From contig JBBIOR010000007.1 of NCBI GenBank assembly GCA_037443265.1, positions 57,845 through 70,350 of the forward strand: a stretch of DNA of 12,506 bases, given 5' to 3'. Source of the DNA: Candidatus Fraserbacteria bacterium. Lineage in GTDB: Bacteria; Bipolaricaulota; Bipolaricaulia; RBG-16-55-9. The position numbers and the translations under genes were made by a program. The notes under the pieces are model-generated. The model had not been told where the DNA came from, did not search any database, and worked only from the letters and a program-made list of their open reading frames with translations. Positions 1 through 7,489 of this stretch are shown piece after piece. Each line of letters begins with the position of its first letter. Within the stretch, counting starts at the first letter, position 1.

Positions 1-752
1 GCCACGCGCCAGGGGATCGTGATCTGCTCTGCATGAAAGAAGGACGGATTGACGTTCAAAATGATCAGATTCATCGCCAGCGCGGAAAGTATGGTGAGGT
101 GCAAGATGAGCGCGCTCGTGCCGGTAGCAATTTTGATGGGGATCTTCTGGCGCACGGTCAAGAAGGTGTTGGAGATCTCGCCGATGGCGATGCCCACCAG
201 TCCCGCAAAGGCTCCTGCGGCTCCCAGAATGAATTGATCCAGCCCGCCCAGACGAAGCGCGCTGGAGTTCGCCCTGTTCGCCCGCCGGAGCAGATAGACC
301 CTCGGGCGATAGTCCGGCAGAGCTTCTGTGGGACGGCGATGGGCGCGGTAGAGAATTGCTGCTAATGCCAAGAGCAAGAATCCAAAGACGAGCAAGAGAC
401 CCTGGGCGGGGGCGAAATAGGAGAGGCCACGGGCGAAGATGGCCAAGGGGATGGTCAGAGCCAGTGCCTTGCCGGCGATAGAAAAATCGATCTGGCGGCG
501 GAACCAGTAGCCGGTCACGCTGCTGGTGTAGCCGAAGAATTCGATCGTGATGGCCAGTCCGATCGCTTCATTGGGCGTGATCTGTGGGAAATTTGGGATC
601 AACGCCGGAAAGAGAAAGAGAAATGCGGGCGTAAAGAGCACCGCAGCCTCCATGGCCAGCGAGCAGACGGTCGTGCAGATGGCCAAAGCCACGCCGACGA
701 TGAGCAGAAGCTCCAGAGGCGTAAAGCCCAAGATCGTCAGGGTCTCACTCAT
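1..752 (-). CDS. Sulfite exporter TauE/SafE family membrane protein (3' end runs off the window)
   Basis: Not in the ORF track; translated by hand from ATG at 752: MSETLTILGFTPLELLLIVGVALAICTTVCSLAMEAAVLFTPAFLFLFP...AIGLAITIEFFGYTSSVTGYWFRRQIDFSIA...GAAGAFAGLVGIAIGEISNTFLTVRQKIPIKIATGTSALILHLTILSALA. Many TM helices, with a two-repeat pattern typical of TauE. Start overlaps the upstream gene's stop by 8 nt. Confidence 0.8.
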   Translation of the reverse strand, partial: MSETLTILGFTPLELLLIVGVALAICTTVCSLAMEAAVLFTPAFLFLFPALIPNFPQITPNEAIGLAITIEFFGYTSSVTGYWFRRQIDFSIAGKALALTIPLAIFARGLSYFAPAQGLLLVFGFLLLALAAILYRAHRRPTEALPDYRPRVYLLRRANRANSSALRLGGLDQFILGAAGAFAGLVGIAIGEISNTFLTVRQKIPIKIATGTSALILHLTILSALAMNLIILNVNPSFFHAEQITIPWRV

Positions 753-1518
753 GGTGCCTGCCGTAGGGTGCGATGCAAGGTCGCTTACAGAGCCCGAACT
801 CGCACGTCGAAAACAGCTCAAACACGAGCGGTGGGAGCCCTTCGCGCACGGGCAGCCCCAGGCTCTCCACAGATTGCAAAGAGATTGGCGTATCGTGAGT
901 CACATAGCCGCCGGTCAGAAAATCCGCCAGTTGAGCGGCCTTCTCCTTAGGCAGTTTCCCCTGCAAGAGCCATTGCACGAAGGCTTTCACCTCGGCGATG
1001 GCCTTCTCAGCGATATCGGCATAGACGATCGTCTCATCAGCAATGGCTTCGAGGGGTTTCTGGGCTAGGAGCCCCAGCAGTGAAGCGGCAGGCACTCCCT
1101 GGATTTGGGGGTCCAGCGGGCCCAAGATGGAAAATTTCTCCATCAAGATCTCATCCGCTGCCAGAGCGATCAGCGTCCCACCGCTCAGGGCATAGAAGGG
1201 GACGATAGCCGTCACTTTCGCCTCGTGATGTTTGAGGGCCATGGCAATCATCTCCGCCGAGAGGATGATTCCCCCGGGCGTGTGGATGATGAGATCCAGG
1301 GGTTTTGCAGGGGGCGTCTTATGGATCTCCATGAGCACGAATTCACTGTCTTCAATTGTGATCGAGTCATCGTCTTCTGACCATGGTTCCCGTCGGTGGA
1401 TGAGAGTGATGACTTTCGTCCCGCGCTCAGCTTCAAGTTGAGCGACGATCTTTTGCCGCTGGGCCAGAAGGCGCTCCTTGAGGGCTTCCTTCTCGCGGCG
1501 CTCTTCATCGGTCATCAT
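745..1518 (-). CDS. SDH-family (ClpP/crotonase-fold, DUF114-like) serine protease
   Basis: Motifs LIIHTPGG, VPFYALSGGTLIALAADEILM (Ser), GPLDPQ (Asp) and THDTPI (His). AGGAGGA RBS 9 nt upstream of ATG 1518. Confidence 0.88.
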   Translation of the reverse strand: MMTDEERREKEALKERLLAQRQKIVAQLEAERGTKVITLIHRREPWSEDDDSITIEDSEFVLMEIHKTPPAKPLDLIIHTPGGIILSAEMIAMALKHHEAKVTAIVPFYALSGGTLIALAADEILMEKFSILGPLDPQIQGVPAASLLGLLAQKPLEAIADETIVYADIAEKAIAEVKAFVQWLLQGKLPKEKAAQLADFLTGGYVTHDTPISLQSVESLGLPVREGLPPLVFELFSTCEFGLCKRPCIAPYGRHHE

Positions 1519-1553
1519 AAGGAATCATCCTCCTTCTCTTCCAGAGAATAGCC

Positions 1554-1591
1554 GCAGCCCCCGACTCCAGGGGGCCTGGGCCGGGGGCTGC
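1554..1591 (-). other. GC-rich intergenic stem-loop with no U-tract
   Basis: Transcript reads GCAGCCCCCGGCCCAGG-CCC-CCUGGAGUCGGGGGCUGC: about 17 bp with one G-U pair and one bulged A. Confidence 0.6.
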
Positions 1592-1645
1592 CAAGCGGTG
1601 ATGTGGAGGCAGGGCGCGAGGGAAAGGAGGCACGATAGGATGGGG

Positions 1646-1948
1646 CTACTCTCGCCTGAGGCCAAAGGCCTCCAGTTGCTTGAGCGGCTTTCGTAGCTCG
1701 CTCACTTGAACGCGTAGGGTCTGTTCGAAGCCCTTCAGCTGCTGTGCGGCCTTGCGCAGGTTTTCTGCTTGGGTGCGCAACTCCGGCTCCGTAAGGGCCG
1801 TCGGTTCCAGCTTCGCTGCCAGCTCTGTGGCTCGGAGCGCGCCCTTGCAGCAATCCTCCGCGGCCGCCTCCAGCGTGGCAAAGCGCTCCTGTACGCGGGC
1901 CAGCTCTGCCTGCAACTGGAGGAACTCCTTGAGCTTCGGCTCGGCCAT
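1646..1948 (-). CDS. Hypothetical 100-aa coiled-coil protein with a central CC pair
   Basis: Strong RBS GGAGAGGAGGTG before ATG 1948 (MAEPKLKEF...). Heptad-like Leu/Ala/Glu/Lys helices either side of EDCCKG. Confidence 0.75.
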   Translation of the reverse strand: MAEPKLKEFLQLQAELARVQERFATLEAAAEDCCKGALRATELAAKLEPTALTEPELRTQAENLRKAAQQLKGFEQTLRVQVSELRKPLKQLEAFGLRRE

Positions 1949-2040
1949 GGGGCTCACCTCCTCTCCATAGGGGATCGAGTCGGTGAGAGGGGAAAACACT
2001 TTCTCTGATGATCGCCTCTCTCATCCACCACGCATTTTTC

Positions 2041-2083
2041 ATCTTACCATCCTTTCGGCTAATAGGGAAGTAAACATTTCACA
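2041..2083 (-). promoter_or_regulatory. Putative activator-dependent promoter: extended -10 plus a Crp-type half-site
   Basis: Minus strand TGgTAAGAT (2049-2041), no recognisable -35, and TGTGA at 2083-2079. A 16-bp Crp box starting there would be centred near -41.5. Confidence 0.4.
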
Positions 2084-2783
2084 CGCCTGCCCGGTAACGT
2101 AGGGCCCTCTCATCTCGCACGAGAATTCGTCGCTTCGGATCGAAAGCAATCGCTCCTTCCTCGCGGAAACTCTTGAGCACGGAGACCACATGCTCGCGGC
2201 TCGCTCCGATAAGCTCCGCCAGCTCCTGCTGCGTAAAGACCACACTGATCCGTCGCCCTTCTTGAGTTTCTTCTCCGTATTCATCAGTCAGCTTCAATAG
2301 AAGCGTTGCCAATCTCTGCGGGACAGTCTTAAACACCAAATCTTCCAGCTTCATACGAATCTCACTTATGCGCGAGCCCATGAGCTTTATGATTTTGCAG
2401 CAGACCAGCGAGTTCTCTTGAGCGAATCTTATGAGCTTCCCTTTCGGCGTGATGCAGATCCGAGAGTCTTCGAGAGCTTGTGCAAAGAGCTCGCGCTGCG
2501 GGCATTCGGCCAGGGCCAGGACTCCAAAGGGTTGGCCTCGGCCGCGCAGCATCATCAGCGTCAGATGACGGCCCGCCGGGCTCACTTGAGAGATCTTCAC
2601 CACGCCCTCTTCGAGGAAGTAGACGGCCTCGCAAGGATCACCGGGCTGGAAGATCAGCTCGCCCTTCTTATACGAGCGTACCTCTGTTTGTTGGAGGAAT
2701 TCCTCCCGTTCAGATTCCGTCAGATTCTGGAGGAACTCGACGTTCTCCAAGCACCAAAATTGAATGCGATCCTCTTGAGTCAA
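2079..2783 (-). CDS. Crp/Fnr family transcriptional regulator (copy 2)
   Basis: cNMP-binding-like barrel (YKKGELIFQPGDPCEAVYFLEEGVVKI) and C-terminal HTH (FTQQELAELIGASREHV). TTG start with GGAGG upstream. Confidence 0.92.
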   Translation of the reverse strand: MTQEDRIQFWCLENVEFLQNLTESEREEFLQQTEVRSYKKGELIFQPGDPCEAVYFLEEGVVKISQVSPAGRHLTLMMLRGRGQPFGVLALAECPQRELFAQALEDSRICITPKGKLIRFAQENSLVCCKIIKLMGSRISEIRMKLEDLVFKTVPQRLATLLLKLTDEYGEETQEGRRISVVFTQQELAELIGASREHVVSVLKSFREEGAIAFDPKRRILVRDERALRYRAGV

Positions 2784-2807
2784 AGCTCCCAGCCTCCCGG
2801 CTGCGTT

Positions 2808-3509
2808 TCAGCACTTCCCTCCCGACGGATGGTCTCTCGCCGGAACGAGGCGTTGTCCTTCGGCTACCGCGCGCAATCCCAAGGGATCTAGGAGCACCAT
2901 CTTGCCATGGGAGTGGCCCCGGCCGGTATCCAACAGCCCCTCTTGCGCCAGGCAGTCCAGCGCTGCCGTAGTCGTCTCTCGAGCTGCACCGATGAGATAG
3001 GCCAGCTCTTGGTGAGTGATGTAAATTGCAACGCCTTCTGCTGAGGGTTCACCCCACTTCTGGGCCAACTCTAAAAGCTCTCGGGCGATCCGCTGTGGCA
3101 CACTCTGGAAGTGCAGGCGAAAGAGCTTCTCAAGGAGCTTTTGCTCATGCCGTCCCAGCAGAGAGAGGATCTCCAAGCTCAACTCTGCGTCTTCGAGGAT
3201 TTGTTGTCTAAGCTGTCTGAGATCGATGGGGCAGATACAGACGTCCTCCCAAACCTCGGCTAGGAAGAGCTGCTCTCCTCGAGAGAACAGATCCAGCTCT
3301 CCGAAGATATCGCCGGGGCCTAAGATGGCTACGGTCAACCGTCTGCCGCTTTCCGCCAGATAGGAGAGCTTCACCTTGCCGCGGTGGATTCGATAGATGC
3401 GCTCTGCGGGATCGCTGGGAAAGTAGATCACTTCTCCCGCTCCATAATTGATCTGCTCCGGGCAGCAGGGGAGATGGTCGAAATCGCTCCACTTCTCCAG
3501 ATCGATCAC
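2808..3509 (-). CDS. Crp/Fnr family transcriptional regulator (copy 1)
   Basis: GEVIYFPSDPAERIYRIHRGKVKL...LGPGDIFGEL and HTH ITHQELAYLIGAARETTT. Start placed at GTG 3509, 2 nt after the merB stop, giving 233 aa, similar to its neighbour. The start is uncertain. Confidence 0.88.
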   Translation of the reverse strand: MIDLEKWSDFDHLPCCPEQINYGAGEVIYFPSDPAERIYRIHRGKVKLSYLAESGRRLTVAILGPGDIFGELDLFSRGEQLFLAEVWEDVCICPIDLRQLRQQILEDAELSLEILSLLGRHEQKLLEKLFRLHFQSVPQRIARELLELAQKWGEPSAEGVAIYITHQELAYLIGAARETTTAALDCLAQEGLLDTGRGHSHGKMVLLDPLGLRAVAEGQRLVPARDHPSGGKC

Positions 3510-3511
3510 GC

Positions 3512-4141
3512 CTAGCTTCTGGTTGATGCTTCCTCCTCTGTGCTTAGGCATAAGCCCTTGGCCAGTGCGAATGCCTGAGATAGCGTGAGTTGAGCTCCCA
3601 CGACGTTCTTGTTTTGAGTCATCCATTGCTTCAAGTGCTCCGGGTGATCGAAGAGATTGATAAACGGGCAGACGGATTGCTTGATAGCATCAAAACCCGA
3701 CTTGCCAGCACAGCAAACTCTGCCCTCAGAGGAGACCCCCAGCCAGAGCACGGCAGACTCAGGTGCCCAAGAGGTGATCTCTTTCTTGCGCACGGCGGCT
3801 TCGATCAGGTGATCACAGATGGGACAGCGCGATTGGATCTCCGCCTCTTGCCCTGTGATCAGTGGGTACATCAGGGCATCCAAAGCGCAGTGAACGTGCA
3901 AGTGCTTATCTTTCAGTCGAACTACATGGCGCGTTGGGGTGGGCGAGACTAACAGCTCTGCCGAAGAAAGCACCCAGACCCGGCCCGCCTCGCGCCTTAG
4001 AGCTATCAGTTCCTCTAGATCCTTGGGAGTTCCCTTCAAGCCATAAAGCTCCCGGAGCCTCTGGGCGAATTCCTCAGGCAGCGGGATCGTCAACTCACCC
4101 TCAGGATTCACCGGCAGGCTGCAACATCCAGGCCTAGCCAT
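3512..4141 (-). CDS. merB: Organomercurial (alkylmercury) lyase MerB-like protein
   Basis: PTRHVV...HCALDALMYP matches MerB WCALD (Cys96/Asp99). SRCPIC matches MerB SHC. KQSVCPFINLF matches RQSFCCHVHFF (Cys159). Start is ATG 4141 or GTG 4144. Confidence 0.85.
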   Translation of the reverse strand: MARPGCCSLPVNPEGELTIPLPEEFAQRLRELYGLKGTPKDLEELIALRREAGRVWVLSSAELLVSPTPTRHVVRLKDKHLHVHCALDALMYPLITGQEAEIQSRCPICDHLIEAAVRKKEITSWAPESAVLWLGVSSEGRVCCAGKSGFDAIKQSVCPFINLFDHPEHLKQWMTQNKNVVGAQLTLSQAFALAKGLCLSTEEEASTRS

Positions 4142-4150
4142 CACTCTCCA

Positions 4151-4696
4151 TTAGCTTTGCAGGGCGAAGCCCAGGGGATACTCGCAGGCCAAGGGGACGC
4201 CATTTTGCAGACCAAGCACCGCGGGCGGACGCCGATCGCTGGGCAAGTCGCTCAGCGACTCCGCTACATCGAGAATCAGAATGTGCACTTGGTAGACGGG
4301 CAAATCTTTGCTCATGTCGCTGACGGTCAAGTTGCTATTCGGGATCTTCAAGCTGAGCTGTGCGCTGCCGCTTCCGTCGGTTGAGAAGTCTAGCGTGACG
4401 ATGGGTTTATTCGTGGCGTTGAAGCTGACGGCCTGCGCGATGGCCCGATAGGGGTTGAATATCCTGAGCCCGCGCAGCTCTAAGCTCACTTGAAAGTCCT
4501 TGGCGACCGGCGTGTAGGTAGCCGAGCCCAGCGCTGTCTCCCAACGCGACCAGCCGGGATAGACCAGCCTCACCAGCGCTCCCGGCGGCTGTTGAACCGG
4601 CTGAGCTTGCCCCTGCAGTGCCAGCACGCCCAGCAGCGGGCCAGAGGTAGCCAGCCCGATCGCTCCCTTCAAGAGATCACGACGACTACAACACAT
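4151..4696 (-). CDS. Hypothetical Tat-exported protein
   Basis: N-terminus MCCSRRDLLKGAIGLATSGPLLGVLALQGQAQ has a twin-arginine motif, an h-region and a plausible cleavage site. AGGAGG 9 nt upstream. Mature part is beta-rich. Confidence 0.75.
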   Translation of the reverse strand: MCCSRRDLLKGAIGLATSGPLLGVLALQGQAQPVQQPPGALVRLVYPGWSRWETALGSATYTPVAKDFQVSLELRGLRIFNPYRAIAQAVSFNATNKPIVTLDFSTDGSGSAQLSLKIPNSNLTVSDMSKDLPVYQVHILILDVAESLSDLPSDRRPPAVLGLQNGVPLACEYPLGFALQS

Positions 4697-4701
4697 ACAT
4701 C

Positions 4702-5901
4702 TCAGCCTCCTTTGTTAACGGTGATGTTCACGCTCCATGCCCAAACGCGATTGGGCAATATGGAATTGCCTTGCTCGTTCCCCAGAGCGATAATCCTGTC
4801 TCCCCTCAGCAAAAGAGCTAGAATTGTCCCTGGCACCGGCGTTTGCCAGAGCGGCTGATCATCTGAGAGGCGACGCACTCCAACGACTCTCCCGTGGGTA
4901 ATTGCCAGGCGATCGCTGACTGCATCAACAGCCATGTGAACGGAATCTGACTGTGGGAAGAATCGCCGCGGGCGACCGTCGTCCGTCGGGATAAGAGCCG
5001 CTTCAGATCCCAAATTCCCTTCGACTAAAACAAGTTGTCCTCGCTCGTCTATGCTCAGCTTCGGGGCATTCACCTTGCCGAGTGGGATCAAGCGCGCTTC
5101 GGAGCTCTGCTGCAGGAAGATGTTGACTGACAGATCTGCCTGACCCCACATTGGGTTTCCGGCAATCGCAAAACTGCTCCCATCCTGGGAGATGGCCGGA
5201 ATCACCATGGGGCCTTGGTACGTCAGCTCCCCCCGCCGGATCAGTTGCTGGTCTGAAGTTCTATACAGCTGAAAAGCGTGTGAGGTCGCCACGAGCAGAT
5301 ACTGCCCATCCCCGGAGAGCGCGACTGAAGGTACGTCCTTGGAGTCAGATGTCCAGAGAAGCTGCCCATCTTGTGAGAAGAGATAGGCCCGTCGACTGGA
5401 CGCTGCAGCGATGAATTTTCCGTCACGGCTTATGTCGGCACTGAAGGCGAATTCGCTGTCTTCCTGAAAACTATATGTCTTTAGCTCTTGGCCGTCTTGG
5501 GTATAGAGATGCAGCTGCTTGCCTGCCCCCAAGATCAGCTGACCGTCGGGAGTGGCCTTCACGATGGGCGTGGAGCAGCAGTTGGGATTGGCGTACACCT
5601 TTGACCACATGGCCTCGCCGGTCTCTAAATCAAACAAGCTGAGCTCGGTCAGGTTGGCTCGCTCTTTTTCAGACCAGAAGTTGCGCGCCAGCGCCAGATA
5701 TTTCCCGTCGGCAGAGGCAGCGATGCCCGCTAGCGTGCTCGGCTGGGGAAGAGCGAAGACAAAATCCACTTTCGTCTGTTGGTGCTTCGCGTTTACGGCG
5801 CCCGATGGCAGGTTTTCCGGTGGGCTGGCCCTCATGAATAGGAGCAAAGCCACCAGCCCGACTGCGATCAGCACTACATAAATTGGCATTCGAAGCTTCA
5901 C
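4702..5901 (-). CDS. Exported or membrane-anchored WD40/PQQ-like beta-propeller protein
   Basis: Repeated blade ends (ASADGKYLA, ATPDGQLIL, ISRDGKFIA, LSGDGQYLL, ISQDGSSFA). N-terminal hydrophobic segment. Start reassigned to GTG 5901 (GGGAGG 8 nt upstream); ATG 5889 is an alternative. Confidence 0.8.
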   Translation of the reverse strand: MKLRMPIYVVLIAVGLVALLLFMRASPPENLPSGAVNAKHQQTKVDFVFALPQPSTLAGIAASADGKYLALARNFWSEKERANLTELSLFDLETGEAMWSKVYANPNCCSTPIVKATPDGQLILGAGKQLHLYTQDGQELKTYSFQEDSEFAFSADISRDGKFIAAASSRRAYLFSQDGQLLWTSDSKDVPSVALSGDGQYLLVATSHAFQLYRTSDQQLIRRGELTYQGPMVIPAISQDGSSFAIAGNPMWGQADLSVNIFLQQSSEARLIPLGKVNAPKLSIDERGQLVLVEGNLGSEAALIPTDDGRPRRFFPQSDSVHMAVDAVSDRLAITHGRVVGVRRLSDDQPLWQTPVPGTILALLLRGDRIIALGNEQGNSILPNRVWAWSVNITVNKGG

Positions 5902-5963
5902 GACATTTGCCTCCCTTCTTCTCAAGTTATAAAATCTGCTCTCAAGACAGCCGAGGTGAGAGG

Positions 5964-5997
5964 GGGCCCGCCCCCAGGAGGCAACGAGGGCGGGCCC
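5964..5997 (-). other. Intergenic inverted repeat (10-bp perfect GC stem), no U-tract
   Basis: GGGCCCGCCC (5964-5973) and GGGCGGGCCC (5988-5997), starting just downstream of the stop at 6020. Confidence 0.55.
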
Positions 5998-6019
5998 TTG
6001 GGAAAGGGGACTTCCACTC

Positions 6020-6733
6020 TCATGATGAGCTTTCCGGTGTGGAGCGCAGAATTTCAAAGATCGTCCCCCTCTCTTTGACGAATCTCTCTGCCACAAGCCC
6101 CAATACCGCACCGAAGGCGATATGCGCGGCCAGCGTCGTCAGGAAGTACCATGGAGCTCCAGTGTTAGTTCCAAAGGGCCCCACACCCATCAGCAGCATC
6201 GGCGGAGTTGTCATCATGAGCACCTCCACGATTAGGCCCCACACGACGCCCCAATACCAGCGGACCTTGCCTGCGATCAGCGTGTAGACGAGCCCAAAGT
6301 CCGCCCCGTTTAGATAGTGATAGAGATAGCCCACCAGCAGAAGATCCCCGGTGACTTCATCCGTGCCGAAGATGAATTGGCCAAACATGGTGGGCATGTC
6401 GCCGGGCAGGGTCTGGAGCCCCACGCCCACAGGATAACGGATCAGATCGAGGGCGACTGTCGCCACAGCCCCGGCCCACAAGCCCGTGATGGCCCGATTG
6501 GACAGGCGCGGATAGTTTCGACGGCTTTTGACGAGCACCACCACCAAGACGATGAGCGATAAGATTAAGAACGGCATGTAGCTGCTCATCACGGAGTGAA
6601 TGGACATCATCATGGCCAACATGTCCGCGGGTTGGCGGGCCATGGTGATGGACGTTGAGACCAGCAGGAGACCAATGGGCGCGGCCCCACCGGTCAGAAG
6701 AGCGACCAGGGTCCAGAACAGCTCTGCATTCAA
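6020..6733 (-). CDS. Hypothetical polytopic membrane protein, Met/His-rich
   Basis: About six hydrophobic segments, with DMLAMMMSIHSVMSSYM, YLYHYLNGADFG, LMMTTPPMLLM and AAHIAFG. TTG start with AGGAGG 5 nt upstream. Confidence 0.78.
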   Translation of the reverse strand: MNAELFWTLVALLTGGAAPIGLLLVSTSITMARQPADMLAMMMSIHSVMSSYMPFLILSLIVLVVVLVKSRRNYPRLSNRAITGLWAGAVATVALDLIRYPVGVGLQTLPGDMPTMFGQFIFGTDEVTGDLLLVGYLYHYLNGADFGLVYTLIAGKVRWYWGVVWGLIVEVLMMTTPPMLLMGVGPFGTNTGAPWYFLTTLAAHIAFGAVLGLVAERFVKERGTIFEILRSTPESSS

Positions 6734-6751
6734 TGCGGCCTCCTCTCTAAG

Positions 6752-7489
6752 CTACAAACGAATTATGCCGCTGTAGATCAAGTTGTAGTAGATCAGATAC
6801 GCACCGGCCCCGACCATCACAAGAGCCGCGGCCCTGGGGACGTACTTCATCAGCGGGCGAAGGTACTGCTGAACGAACTCCTTCGAGAAGCTCATCAGCA
6901 GCGATAAGGCGACCATCATCAGGGCCATGCCGCTGGCGTAGGCGAGGAAATTGAACAGCCCGCCTACGAAGCCCTGCAGCAAGGGCTGAATGACCCAGAT
7001 GAGAAAGATGGGCAGCGTACAACCCACGGAGCCCACCGCGTAGCCGATCCCATAGAGATAGTAGGGCAGAAGCCCCTGACGAGGAGCCGGGTTGCCCATC
7101 AACCGCGCCGCCAACCGGTCCAGTGAGAGCCCCATCGAGAAGGAGCCGAAGAACATGAGCAGGCCCAGCACAATGAGCAGGGCTCCGATAGTTGCCGCAA
7201 TCCAGGGCAACTGAGGGCCGAGAAGCCTCATTATGCTTCCGCCCACCAGCGAGAAGGCCAATCCCAGCACCCCGAAGACCGTGAAGAAGCCGACACTGAC
7301 GATCAATCCCAAAAGGAGGCCGCGCCCGCCGCTCCTAAGCCAAGCGTCTTTTGAGATCGGAGCTTCACTGGGATTGTTGCACCGGCCCAGATAATACGAG
7401 ACATAGGCCGGCAGGAGCGCAAACCCGCAAGGGTTGAAGAACGTGATCACACCAGCACTAAACGCGATCGCCAGCATCTCCGGGTTCAT
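6752..7489 (-). CDS. ccdA: CcdA / DsbD transmembrane-domain electron transporter
   Basis: Both redox Cys motifs present (FFNPCGFALLPAY and SVGCTLPIF). Six TM segments. ATGA overlap with the upstream redoxin. Confidence 0.9.
   Translation of the reverse strand: MNPEMLAIAFSAGVITFFNPCGFALLPAYVSYYLGRCNNPSEAPISKDAWLRSGGRGLLLGLIVSVGFFTVFGVLGLAFSLVGGSIMRLLGPQLPWIAATIGALLIVLGLLMFFGSFSMGLSLDRLAARLMGNPAPRQGLLPYYLYGIGYAVGSVGCTLPIFLIWVIQPLLQGFVGGLFNFLAYASGMALMMVALSLLMSFSKEFVQQYLRPLMKYVPRAAALVMVGAGAYLIYYNLIYSGIIRL

Noticed and set aside
1515..2042. 175-aa minus-strand ORF overlapping the coiled-coil gene
   Set aside because: Low-complexity Pro/Arg/Gly translation. The alternative frame has a strong RBS and protein-like composition.
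3510..3626. Longer N-terminus for Crp copy 1; likewise track starts 6111, 9983, 11327, 11369 and 11754
   Set aside because: These extensions overlap neighbouring genes or promoter boxes, or lack an RBS. Downstream starts fit better.
5920..5946. Internal promoter (TATAAC) and TCTCAAG direct repeat before the propeller gene
   Set aside because: No acceptable -35 at correct spacing, and a two-copy 7-mer can arise by chance.
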